From assembly GCA_004212155.1 (NCBI GenBank), contig RXIG01000015.1:1-64000 (forward strand): a DNA stretch of 64,000 nucleotides. The letters run 5' to 3'. Origin of the DNA: an archaeon. Its GTDB lineage: Archaea > Methanobacteriota_B > Thermococci > Methanofastidiosales > NM3. Shown here in pieces: positions 9,419 through 18,822 of the stretch (position 1 is its first letter; each line of letters opens with the position of its first letter). The notes under the pieces were generated by a model, which worked only from the letters and a program-made list of their open reading frames with translations, made no database searches and was not told where the DNA came from. Both the position numbers and the translations under genes were made by a program.

Positions 9419-10987
9419 TTATTCCAACGTTACCTCGATGGTAAAGAAGACGGGACCGCGCACATCGATCTTGTTGTTCTTCATCTGGATGAAGGTGCGC
9501 ACTTCCTCTGGTATGGATACGTTGATATCGGAAAGACGCTTGACCATGCCAAGACGGAACTCCTTTTTACCCACGAACCCCTGCTCGGCGAGCAGCTCAA
9601 GCTCGTATGACACATACGCCAGGAAAGCATCCATGTAGGTAAGCGACGTCCTCACGCCATCCGATACGACTGCCTCGTGCTTCTTCGAGAGGCCCGTTGG
9701 GGGGATTCCGTAGATGTTTCCCTCATGCACATATAGCTCGTTGAATGCGGCAGGGCCAAGGAGTGACTTGTCCTCCTCGCGCTCGTTGATCTGCGCCTTA
9801 ATCCTTCTTCCAAGGAACTCACCCTCATAAGCGGTGAAGGCGCATGGGCTCCGTGCGTCCTTGTGTTCATGTGCAGCTGAACGCACCGAATCGATGAACT
9901 CGTTGCTGTCCGCGGTGTTCGGTCGATTGACGATCGTTAACATCGAAGCGATCTCCTGATCGGAAAACGAGTATGAGTAGAACTCGGGATGGTGCAGCTC
10001 TCGGAGGTCGTCGACGTCCTCCATGAGCATGACGAGCCGTCCAAGCCCGGGGCCCGAGTTGAATACGGGATATGGTATGTTGTATTGCGCGAGCGCTATG
10101 GGTGAGTACATGCCAATCTCTGTCACCTCCACCCATCCGAATCGGTCGTCCTTCACGAATACCTCGTAATTGGTGCCGTATGCGTAGTAGATCGCCTGAT
10201 TCGGTTTCTTCTTGAACTTGAGCTTCTCAAACCCCATACGAGTGAAGAACTCCTTGGTGATATACATCCCGTCGGCGATGGTAAGTCCCTCGCCCATGGC
10301 CACCATCGAGATGTTGTAATGGGCGCGCAGGTGCATGGGATCCTCGCGCTGCTCGCGCCGGTAGCGCCATCCGGATGTGAAGAGCATCACCGGCAACGGC
10401 GCCTTGTCAACGAGCTGCGCCAACGTCGGGAACCAAGCGGTGGTGAAGTGGGAGTTGAGCACCTGGTCGGATGAGACGGGCGAGAGGTCGAGCACTTCGG
10501 GGAACGCCTCCCTGAGCAGGAACATGGCGTCCTCGGGAGAGACCTTCAATCGTGTGGCTAGCTCCTCGCTCAGGTCTCCGGGGTCGATCTTGTCAAGCTT
10601 GTAGTCGCGAAAAACTTGCTTGAGCTTCTCGATATCGAGCTGGGGCACCTTCTCGAGGATGAATGCCTGCTTCTCCTCCGATATGCCGATGTCAGGTCTT
10701 GGGAGGGTAGCCAGGAAGTAGAGCCTGTCAAGGATCGCTGGCGCCTCGGGACCGTATTGCTTCATGACGTGATCCTTGGAAAAGAACTGCTTGAGGTAGA
10801 CCTCGTCGAATCCCATCTCTAAAAGGATGTCGCGTGACTTGAGCGCGTACTTGGAGAGAAGGTGTTCCTTCCCCCGCCGTTCGGGAAGGGTAAACGTCCG
10901 CTCGCCCTCGAAGTAGGAGCCTGTCTCCTTCCATACCTCAAAAAAATCCTTTTGCGCACGCTTTCGAATATCCTCAATGGGGAGCAT
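9419..10987 (-). CDS. sepS: O-phosphoseryl-tRNA(Cys) synthetase
   Basis: KQYGPEAPAILDRLYFLA.LPRPDIG, SHFTTAWF, RREQRED..HL, GMYSPIALAQYNIPYPV, LLGPAAFNE, IDVRGPVF. Confidence 0.93.
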   Translation of the reverse strand: MLPIEDIRKRAQKDFFEVWKETGSYFEGERTFTLPERRGKEHLLSKYALKSRDILLEMGFDEVYLKQFFSKDHVMKQYGPEAPAILDRLYFLATLPRPDIGISEEKQAFILEKVPQLDIEKLKQVFRDYKLDKIDPGDLSEELATRLKVSPEDAMFLLREAFPEVLDLSPVSSDQVLNSHFTTAWFPTLAQLVDKAPLPVMLFTSGWRYRREQREDPMHLRAHYNISMVAMGEGLTIADGMYITKEFFTRMGFEKLKFKKKPNQAIYYAYGTNYEVFVKDDRFGWVEVTEIGMYSPIALAQYNIPYPVFNSGPGLGRLVMLMEDVDDLRELHHPEFYSYSFSDQEIASMLTIVNRPNTADSNEFIDSVRSAAHEHKDARSPCAFTAYEGEFLGRRIKAQINEREEDKSLLGPAAFNELYVHEGNIYGIPPTGLSKKHEAVVSDGVRTSLTYMDAFLAYVSYELELLAEQGFVGKKEFRLGMVKRLSDINVSIPEEVRTFIQMKNNKIDVRGPVFFTIEVTLE

Positions 10988-10991
10988 GGGA

Positions 10992-11426
10992 TCACCTGTA
11001 ATCGTACTTGTTGTCGTTCACCTTGGGGTAGCCTTCCTTTTTCGACTCCATGTTGGGCATTGGTATCGGCGGTATCAACTCAAGCTGCTTCGAAAGGAGG
11101 ACTAGCTCGGGTATGCAAAACCGAAGGATGGCCGTATGAATCTCACGGGAAAGTGCCTGTGGCAGTTTCTTGTTCGTAACGTCGATGCCCTCGAGCGGAG
11201 GGTCTGCGTAGCGAATCTCGCCTTCGATCTTGATGCTAGCAACGTTTGGATAGTAGTCGACTGAGTAGACGAATCCAACAAAGAGCATCGACGCATCGGT
11301 GTGCAACGACGTGATGCTCGAGCTCGTCGTGATCTTGGTATTGCGCATGGCCTCTGGGCCCATGACGAACCGTTTTGCATCGATTGATCGAATTGATATC
11401 TTTTGAATAATGGCACTCACCTGCAC
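10992..11426 (-). CDS. Conserved archaeal hypothetical protein (possibly SecB-like fold)
   Basis: SIDAKRF N-terminus, IKIEGEI, Pro-rich LIPPIPMP end; 4 bp upstream of sepS. Confidence 0.7.
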   Translation of the reverse strand: MQVSAIIQKISIRSIDAKRFVMGPEAMRNTKITTSSSITSLHTDASMLFVGFVYSVDYYPNVASIKIEGEIRYADPPLEGIDVTNKKLPQALSREIHTAILRFCIPELVLLSKQLELIPPIPMPNMESKKEGYPKVNDNKYDYR

Positions 11427-11615
11427 GTACGTCTCGACCGTCCTTTAAATATGTTATTATGGTATTTTTCGCACGCTGTCCAGTGGGGCCGAGCGCGTAT
11501 TCGAATCGTCGTACTGATCACATATCCCCTCCGTTTTCGGACCATCCGCCTTTGCATGAAACAATTGGGATATCACAAGAACTGCCAAAAGAGATGGATG
11601 GCCACGTGCGACCGG

Positions 11616-11810
11616 TTAAGAAAGGATCTCCTTGACGCGACCCACATTGCCATTCGTAAGCCGTACCTTGATACCGTGAGGATGGTATGCGCTTCGTGTA
11701 AGAAGGTCCTTGACATTCCCATCAATGAATCGAGATCTGTCCTCGTTGAGGCAGATGGTGACCTTGGTCCCGGGCCCAAGATTTTTTCTGTGTTTTGCTC
11801 GTTCGTCCAT
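11616..11810 (-). CDS. YwbE-family (DUF2196) protein
   Basis: G.VKDLLT.S..HPHGIKVRL..G.VGRV signature. Confidence 0.85.
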   Translation of the reverse strand: MDERAKHRKNLGPGTKVTICLNEDRSRFIDGNVKDLLTRSAYHPHGIKVRLTNGNVGRVKEILS

Positions 11811-11902
11811 GGAAAAGGAAAAGCGTGCCTCCTAATAAAGCCTTGCGCCAAAGGAAGCGATTCCCAGAACCATAGATCCCTGGTTTTGGGGAAGTCGCAA
11901 GC

Positions 11903-12682
11903 TCAAGGAGTCAAGCGGGCGCCAAGACGTACACCGCCCCTTGGAAATGCGACCGCAGGCATATACGGTCCCTCATACCCGATCTTCCATGATATCGCAG
12001 TGCAGACCGCGCGATGCGTGCGTATCTGTTCAACGACTGGTGTGCGCTCGTGCGTTTCCTCATATGTCTCTGGACCCATCATGTCAATGCCTTCCACGAC
12101 CAGTATCTCACAGGCACCATCACCCGTGTCATGAACGGATGTGCTCGACGGCCCCCAGTGTGAATGGTAGATATGGGTGCCCTCGCGTTTCGTGCCGTCA
12201 ACATCGACAAGGCGTCCCGAAAGGGAGACCTGGTCACCGACCTTGAGGCTCATGCATTCCTCGTAGATCCCGGGCGTTCGAGGGATGACATGCGTATTGG
12301 AGATGTGGGAGGTAACATATTCCTGCGAGAACGTGTCGCCAACGGAGCGCCATTGATACGTCAGGCGACGGTCGCCCATCGTCACGGTGAGTGAGTCGAG
12401 CGCCCTGGGGTCTTCCATGTCTCCCCATGCGATGGCAACGTCCATTGGAGAAAATACCGTCGTCTCCTCATCGTAGTAGGCGATGCCCACGACGGTGCCC
12501 GAGACAGTGTAGTCGGCCAGATACGTAAGTTCATGCGTCCAGCCGTTGGATGTCACAATCTCGGTGTCTGAGGTGAACTCGTAATCGTTGGCATCCTGAG
12601 CAAATGTGGCACAGGGCGCGAGGAGAAGAAGCACCGCAATGCACAATCCCGCCACATGCGCACGTTCAGACAACCGTATCAC
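11903..12682 (-). CDS. Secreted hypothetical protein
   Basis: Signal peptide; SP.D.A.AWG, SN.H.IP, V.L.G.LVDV and D.G.GACE motifs of an uncharacterised family. Confidence 0.7.
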   Translation of the reverse strand: MIRLSERAHVAGLCIAVLLLLAPCATFAQDANDYEFTSDTEIVTSNGWTHELTYLADYTVSGTVVGIAYYDEETTVFSPMDVAIAWGDMEDPRALDSLTVTMGDRRLTYQWRSVGDTFSQEYVTSHISNTHVIPRTPGIYEECMSLKVGDQVSLSGRLVDVDGTKREGTHIYHSHWGPSSTSVHDTGDGACEILVVEGIDMMGPETYEETHERTPVVEQIRTHRAVCTAISWKIGYEGPYMPAVAFPRGGVRLGARLTP

Positions 12683-13584
12683 CTGCTCATGAGCACGACC
12701 CTGCTCTCCGGAGACTCGTCGACGACCCGATACGAAGATTCGGAAGCGATCCTGTCGGCAAACTCGCGTATCTCCTCGTGGCGAGGCATGTGCTCGATGG
12801 TAAGCCGTGCACGCGAGAATCCCACGAACATATATGCCTTGACCTCGACGTATGTTGGGCTCGCCTTCTCGATGAGTTGTGCGTAGTTTGCGGGATCGAC
12901 CATGTTAATGCCCTTGACCATGGTGAGGCGCATGACCTTCTTGGTATCAAGGGACTCGAAGAGCTCTAGGGTCTCATTGATGCGTTCCCACCCGTCAGGG
13001 ATCGTCGGATTGCATAATCGTTGATAGATGTCCTTTGACGGAGCGGGAAGCGTCACGTAGAGGTTCCACGGAAGCGGGTCCATGTCGCGAAGCACGTCCG
13101 GATTGGTACCGTTGGTAACAAGGAACGTGGTGAATCCCTCCTTCGTGTACTCCTCTATCAGTTCGGGAAGAAGAGGATAACATGTGGGTTCGCCCGAAAG
13201 CGAAATCGCCACGTTGTTTGGGGTTTGCGCCTCCTCGAGCTTCTTCTTGTTGACGCGGTCGAGCACGCCCTGGTATCCAGACAGCAGCGTACGCTGTGCC
13301 TCGATCGACTCTTCGACGATGTACTTGGGTGCATCGACGTCCGGCGGTACGTCCTCGGTGAAACGTACCGGCCTCCAGCAAAAGAGGCATTTTTGCGTGC
13401 ACCAGTTGACAGCAGGCGTCATCTGGAGGCAGCGATGCGACTTGATGCCATAAAACTTCTGCTTGTAACAGACTCGGTCGCGCATCAGGCTCTCCTTCAG
13501 CCAATGGCACAGTTTCACGGCGGAATGGTCGCCCACCAGCTGATATCGCTGTTTCCTTAACAGCTCCCGGGTAGATTCCTTCAT
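12679..13584 (-). CDS. taw1: 4-demethylwyosine synthase TYW1/Taw1
   Basis: HSAVKLCHW, CYKQKFYGI.SHRCLQMTP, CTQKCLFCWR, SLSGEPT, VEVKAYMFVG.SR. Confidence 0.95.
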   Translation of the reverse strand: MKESTRELLRKQRYQLVGDHSAVKLCHWLKESLMRDRVCYKQKFYGIKSHRCLQMTPAVNWCTQKCLFCWRPVRFTEDVPPDVDAPKYIVEESIEAQRTLLSGYQGVLDRVNKKKLEEAQTPNNVAISLSGEPTCYPLLPELIEEYTKEGFTTFLVTNGTNPDVLRDMDPLPWNLYVTLPAPSKDIYQRLCNPTIPDGWERINETLELFESLDTKKVMRLTMVKGINMVDPANYAQLIEKASPTYVEVKAYMFVGFSRARLTIEHMPRHEEIREFADRIASESSYRVVDESPESRVVLMSR

Positions 13585-14522
13585 TTCCGTTTTCCCCTTA
13601 GCGTTGTCACAACGGTGTCGAGCACGCGATCTGTGGCACTCTTGAAGTCTGAAACGTTCTTGGCGCCAGCCGCGGGCGGATGTCCACCGCCGTCCCCGTC
13701 GAACTCAAGCCCAACCTCGTGCATGATGGCCGACAGATCGACCCCTTGTTCGATCGCCCTGGTCCCTGCGCGTCCAACGATGCGTTGGCCCTTCTTGTCA
13801 TTAACGATGATGGCCACGTCGGCACCAAGATTCAGTATGTTGCGGGCGATAAACGACTCGAACGATCCTATCGATGTCTTTACCACGATGTATGAACCAG
13901 CCCGAACGACGCGCATGCGCTGCAGTGCCTTGAACAGGGCGATCCTTTGCGAATACGACACCTCCTCCCGAAACATCGTGTAGATGTCCTGGAAATTGAT
14001 ATCGTCGCCGACCATCTCTGATAGTGTGGCAAAGGTCTCACGCGTCGCATAGCGAAGGTGTCCCGTGTCGGTCACGATGCCGGCGATAAGCGCCGTCCTG
14101 ATGACGGTGTCGCGAGGCTTGCCAAGCACCTCCCATACCAGTTCGGCGTTCGATGTGGCACATCGGCGATACGCCACGCAAGCATCGAAGGCGGTCGTCG
14201 CGTGATGGTCGATGATAGCGAGATTGTCCGTCCCGGCAAGGAGATCCCTGCATCCCTCGAGAAGGGCGGGGGACGACGTGTCGAGGACGAGAATCGCATC
14301 GGGTGCGACGGATAGAACACCAAGCGACTCGTCAAGCTCATGGAGCAAAAGCGATGCCGAACGGGAGATGCCGTCACAACGTATGGAGACATCCTTTTTT
14401 GAATAATACCGTTTGATCGATAGGGCGCAACCTAGGGCGTCCGGATCAGCGTTGCTATGACATAAAATCAAGAGGTGTCGGCTCTTTTCGAGAAAGAGCC
14501 GCACGGATTCACATGAGCTCAT
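13581..14522 (-). CDS. DHH/DHHA1 phosphoesterase
   Basis: HSNADPDA, LDTS, IDHH, GIVTDTG, GGGHP.AAG. Confidence 0.9.
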   Translation of the reverse strand: MSSCESVRLFLEKSRHLLILCHSNADPDALGCALSIKRYYSKKDVSIRCDGISRSASLLLHELDESLGVLSVAPDAILVLDTSSPALLEGCRDLLAGTDNLAIIDHHATTAFDACVAYRRCATSNAELVWEVLGKPRDTVIRTALIAGIVTDTGHLRYATRETFATLSEMVGDDINFQDIYTMFREEVSYSQRIALFKALQRMRVVRAGSYIVVKTSIGSFESFIARNILNLGADVAIIVNDKKGQRIVGRAGTRAIEQGVDLSAIMHEVGLEFDGDGGGHPPAAGAKNVSDFKSATDRVLDTVVTTLRGKRK

Positions 14523-14891
14523 TTAACTTCCTTGTGCGCCAGCCGATGAACCAGATGTTCCAAGCATCTCCTGTATCTTCTTCTGGGATTCCTGGAGCTT
14601 TGTCCTCAATCGGGTTTCCTGGCGCTCGAGCGTCGTCTTTCTCAACGAGAGGGTCTCCTTTCGCTCTGAGAGTTCTTTCTCCACTGTCTCTTTGTCGCTC
14701 TTGAAAAGCACGGAACCCGCACTCTTGTATACCTCCTCGTTCGTGAGCTTTCCAAGCTCTTCGAGGGTGGAGTCGATGTCCTTGAGCTCCGCGTCGACAG
14801 ACTGTAACTGAGAAGCGATCATCTGATACTGCTGTTCCAGCTGTTGGAACTGCGTTATCTCTTGTTGTACGTTTTGGGGTAAATTCTGCAC
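14523..14891 (-). CDS. pfdB: Prefoldin subunit beta
   Basis: LPQNVQQ.I.QFQQL.QQ, VYKSAG.VL, coiled coil; GTG start after GGTGA. Confidence 0.93.
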   Translation of the reverse strand: MQNLPQNVQQEITQFQQLEQQYQMIASQLQSVDAELKDIDSTLEELGKLTNEEVYKSAGSVLFKSDKETVEKELSERKETLSLRKTTLERQETRLRTKLQESQKKIQEMLGTSGSSAGAQGS

Positions 14892-14981
14892 ACAATCACC
14901 ATCCGAATCTTTCCTTTCATCCATTTATAAAGCTTAGCCTATGGGACCCCGGTATCCACGCGGTGGAGGCACACAGGGCCG

Positions 14982-15866
14982 CTAGGTATAGATCTCGGGC
15001 CCATCCTCGCGCACGATGAGCGAATGCTCTGCCTGGGTGACATTTCCGCCATCTGATTCCTTAAGCACGCTAAACGCATATACCGATGAGGACCGTACGA
15101 GATACTTCAGCGCAAACTCCGCCTTGCGCTTGGAATATATCTTGGAAAGCCATCGCTGCGCAAAGGGCAGCGTATTGTAATTGTTCTTGATGGTGGCTAG
15201 CATCTTTCGTGCGAGTTGAAGTCGCACCGGCCTGTCCGAGATATACTTGAATATGAGGTACGTTTCGTCGTCCATGACGCTGCCTGCCCCGTCGGTGGCA
15301 AACGGTTCGATAGCGATCACATCACCCTCCTTGAGCTTGACCCCTGCGCCAACGTCGAGGTTCGGAATCGAGGGGGCGCTATGGGCCACATACTGCTCAA
15401 GCCCGTGGCCGGTGAGGTTCTCGATTGGAACAAGCCCATACGAGCGTATTGTCTCATCGATGACAGCACCGATCTCGTTGGTCTGGATGCCGGGTCGCAC
15501 GACCTCGAGTGCCGCCTTAAGTGCATCCCTGCTCGCCTTGACGAGGTCGTCGTCAGGGCTATCGACACGGACCGTGTACGCTGTGTCCGCGATGTATCCC
15601 CCCACGTGCGCGCCCATATCGATTTTCACATAATCCCCCTTCGTGAAGGTACGCGGATCGTCGAGCGTGGGCGTATCGTGGGCAGAGATGTTGTTGACCG
15701 AGATGTTGACCGGGAAAGCGGGCGCCCCGCCGTACTCCCTCGTCTTGTCCTCTATGAAGTTGGCGACGTCCACGTAGCGTGCCCCCTCGACCACTAGCGG
15801 TCGGGATTCCTCCTTCAGACGCCGCACGATCTCTCCTGCCTTGATGTAACACTCATAAGAATCCAT
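14982..15866 (-). CDS. map: Methionine aminopeptidase type II
   Basis: PAFPVN.S.N..SAH.TP, K.D.GAHV.GYIADTA, NLTGH, IAIEPF, QAEH. Confidence 0.95.
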   Translation of the reverse strand: MDSYECYIKAGEIVRRLKEESRPLVVEGARYVDVANFIEDKTREYGGAPAFPVNISVNNISAHDTPTLDDPRTFTKGDYVKIDMGAHVGGYIADTAYTVRVDSPDDDLVKASRDALKAALEVVRPGIQTNEIGAVIDETIRSYGLVPIENLTGHGLEQYVAHSAPSIPNLDVGAGVKLKEGDVIAIEPFATDGAGSVMDDETYLIFKYISDRPVRLQLARKMLATIKNNYNTLPFAQRWLSKIYSKRKAEFALKYLVRSSSVYAFSVLKESDGGNVTQAEHSLIVREDGPEIYT

Positions 15867-15963
15867 TACTATCCCATTAGAGATGACAAAGGGAGGATTA
15901 TAAAGGTTGTCCTAGAAAAAGAGAAATAATTTAAACCCATTCACATATCTACTCTGTGATATC

Positions 15964-16476
15964 ATGGACGGAGATGAGAGATACGAACGCTACGAGGCGA
16001 TGGCATATGAACAGGGTGCGCGACATGTTCGCTTCATCACGCCAGACGATATAAGGCTCGACCCCCGTTGCTATCTCAAGTGCAAGTACGGCTGCGAGGA
16101 ATGGGGGAGGAAATGGACGTGCCCGTCGACACCTGGGAGGATCCCCCTGAACGAGTTCAAGAAGATGCTTGACAGGTACTCCACCGTAATGCTCATACAT
16201 GCGCCAACGGAAAATAAGAATCAGGAGATCTCGTTTTCCATCGAACGCCAGGCGTATTACGACGGCCTTTACTTCGCATTCTCGATTGCGGGATGTCACC
16301 TCTGCGAACCATGCATGTTCCCCGATCCATGCCCGTACCAGTACAAGGCGCGTCCATCTATGCAGGCAATGGGGATCGATGTGTTCGCCACGGTCCATGC
16401 ACTGGGACTGCCCCTAAAGACTCTCGTATGTCCAGACGACGAGGAGAACTGGTATTCGCTTGTGTTGCTCGAGTGA
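15964..16476 (+). CDS. DUF2284 Cys-rich metal-binding protein
   Basis: KCKYGC..WG..WTCP, GCHLC..C, RPSM.AMGIDV. Confidence 0.85.
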   Translation: MDGDERYERYEAMAYEQGARHVRFITPDDIRLDPRCYLKCKYGCEEWGRKWTCPSTPGRIPLNEFKKMLDRYSTVMLIHAPTENKNQEISFSIERQAYYDGLYFAFSIAGCHLCEPCMFPDPCPYQYKARPSMQAMGIDVFATVHALGLPLKTLVCPDDEENWYSLVLLE

Positions 16477-16480
16477 TCTG

Positions 16481-17665
16481 ATGACAAACAAGCTCTATCT
16501 TGACGATGCATACATGCGCGGATGTGTGAGCACCGTCGTACGAAAGGAAACAGGAACGCACGGCGACATCCTCGTACTCGACACGACCTGTTTTTATCCC
16601 GAAGGCGGCGGTCAGCCGTGCGACACAGGCACCATAGCGGGCCACAGGGTCACGCATGTGTGTGCAAACGACGGTGAAGTGCTCCATCATATCGAAGGTC
16701 GGTGTACTGACAGGACGGTCGAATGCATGCTCGACTGGGACAGAAGGATCGACCACATGCAGCAGCATACCGGCCAGCACATCATCTCCCACGTCATATT
16801 CAGACATTTCGGCGCCGAAACGGAGTCGCTCCACATAGGCGCGCGACATTCCACGATAGACATACCTATTACTGAGCTCACGGGAGACGATATTCGTACG
16901 ATCGAGGATGAGGCAAATGCGATCATCAGAGAGGATCATCCCATCCATTGCTATGTCGTACGTACAGTCGATATCGGAAAGCTTCGAAAGGCTCCGACAG
17001 TGGGAAACGACGTACGCATCGTCGAGATCGAGGGCATCGAGAAGACACCATGCGGAGGAACGCACTGTTCCAGCAGCGCGGAGGTGGGACTCGTCCACAT
17101 ACCGCACTGGCACAAGAAGGGACACTGCTGGCGCATTGAGTTCGTTTGCGGCTTGCGGTGCCTTACATTGCTAAGGGAGCATGGGGCTGTCATCAATGCG
17201 ATGTCAGCGCGTCTTGACGCCCCTCCTTCATCACTTGATGAGCGGCTCTGCGCGCTAAAAGAGGAAAAGGAGGCCCTCTATCGACGCACGCAGGATCTCA
17301 TGAGACAACGGGCGCGCCTGGACCTCGAGAAAGCGCTGCACGATGCATGGAACGTGGACGGCGTAAAGATCGTCAGCGCCAGTTATGACGAGGTGGAACG
17401 CGCCAGGGAACTCGCACGCCTTGCTGTAACGACTAAACGGTGCGTTGCGCTGGCGGCGACATGCTCATCCCGGGGTGCTACCCTCTTTTTCGCCTCATCA
17501 AAGGACAGCGGCATCGATGTGCGTGATGCAATGAACGAAGCCCTCGCCCCCATTGAAGGGAGGGGTGGCGGCAGCATGCACTTCGCGACGGGGCACGGCC
17601 CGGCCGGTGGCGCCATGCCTGAGGCGCTCAGGCGGGCATGGAAGGTAGTTGCAGGTGAGCGGTGA
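16481..17665 (+). CDS. Alanyl-tRNA editing protein AlaX-L with DHHA1 domain
   Basis: LYL.D.Y, FYPEGGGQP.D, MQQHTGQH, CGGTH, GRGGG. Confidence 0.9.
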   Translation: MTNKLYLDDAYMRGCVSTVVRKETGTHGDILVLDTTCFYPEGGGQPCDTGTIAGHRVTHVCANDGEVLHHIEGRCTDRTVECMLDWDRRIDHMQQHTGQHIISHVIFRHFGAETESLHIGARHSTIDIPITELTGDDIRTIEDEANAIIREDHPIHCYVVRTVDIGKLRKAPTVGNDVRIVEIEGIEKTPCGGTHCSSSAEVGLVHIPHWHKKGHCWRIEFVCGLRCLTLLREHGAVINAMSARLDAPPSSLDERLCALKEEKEALYRRTQDLMRQRARLDLEKALHDAWNVDGVKIVSASYDEVERARELARLAVTTKRCVALAATCSSRGATLFFASSKDSGIDVRDAMNEALAPIEGRGGGSMHFATGHGPAGGAMPEALRRAWKVVAGER

Positions 17666-18822
17666 TGACCCACTCCCGACGCCGCGTGCTCCTCATCTCG
17701 TCGCTGGGGCATGCATACAGCCACGCATGCATGTTATCGATACCTCCATTGCTCCTCCTGCTCAGGGACGAGTTCAGCCTGAGCTTCACGCTCATATCGC
17801 TGGCAGTGACCGCGTCGGGCATCCTCTTTGGCCTCGGGGCGCTCCCCTTCGGGCCCCTCTCTGACCGCATAGGTGCGATACGTGTCAACATCATCGGCGT
17901 CGTCCTTGCCATCGTGGCAGGCCTGGGCCTCTACTTCGCTACATCGTCTTACGTGTTCGTATCATTCCTGCTCCTGCTCGGCATCGCATCGAGCACGTAC
18001 CACCCCTCGGCGTTCAACATGATATCGTGCATGTACACATCCGAGATGGGGCGCGCCTTTGGCATCAACGGCATGATAGGAAACGTCGGACAGATAGGTG
18101 CGCCCATCACCGCGGGGTTTATCGCATACACGTGGGGATGGCGGCCTGTCTTTCTCCTGCTTGTCGCCATAGGGATCGTCGTGCTCGCACTCCTTGTCTC
18201 CGTGCGCACATTTTCTTTCGAAAGCCCACCATCTGAAGAGGGGGGGCGATCGTTCATGCTGGCCCGCCCCTTCCTTCTATTGCTCGTCATCACAATGCTT
18301 GGTGGCCTTGCCTACCGGGGCATCGTCACGATGCTGCCCTCATACACCTCAATAATATTCCAGCAAAACACGTTCGAGGGCGGAACGCTCGTCACGCTCC
18401 TGCTCCTCATGGGCGGCGTCTCCCAGATCATCGCCGGAGAGCTGCGCGATAGGCTCGGCGCCTCCAGGCCATTTCTTGTCACCACGCTGCTTGCGCTCGC
18501 AAGCGTCGCGATCATGATGACAGATACGTATTCAGCCCTGCTTGTCGGCCTTATACTCTTCGGATTCAGCTACTTTGCGATCAACCTCTACACGAACACG
18601 ATAATAGGGGAGGTGGCGCCCACGGGGCAGAAGGGCACGGTCTATGGCATCATGTTCTTTGCCCGGTTCGGGCTTGCATATGTTGCCCCTTTCATCGTCG
18701 GTGCCGTCACCGACCTCTACTCGATACGCTACCTCTTCCACATCGCTGCAGCGTTCCTCGTCGTGCTTGTCATTTTTACGGCATACTTCTATGCCACGCG
18801 CTCACGTTCCGTGACGCCATGA
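17662..18822 (+). CDS. MFS transporter
   Basis: About 12 TM helices; G.LSDRIG and YHP motifs (Fsr-like). Confidence 0.9.
   Translation: MMTHSRRRVLLISSLGHAYSHACMLSIPPLLLLLRDEFSLSFTLISLAVTASGILFGLGALPFGPLSDRIGAIRVNIIGVVLAIVAGLGLYFATSSYVFVSFLLLLGIASSTYHPSAFNMISCMYTSEMGRAFGINGMIGNVGQIGAPITAGFIAYTWGWRPVFLLLVAIGIVVLALLVSVRTFSFESPPSEEGGRSFMLARPFLLLLVITMLGGLAYRGIVTMLPSYTSIIFQQNTFEGGTLVTLLLLMGGVSQIIAGELRDRLGASRPFLVTTLLALASVAIMMTDTYSALLVGLILFGFSYFAINLYTNTIIGEVAPTGQKGTVYGIMFFARFGLAYVAPFIVGAVTDLYSIRYLFHIAAAFLVVLVIFTAYFYATRSRSVTP

Noticed and set aside
11403-12134. 243-aa plus-strand ORF and 60928..61221 ORF
   Set aside because: The first overlaps three minus-strand genes and the second overlaps the initiator tRNA; neither has recognisable motifs
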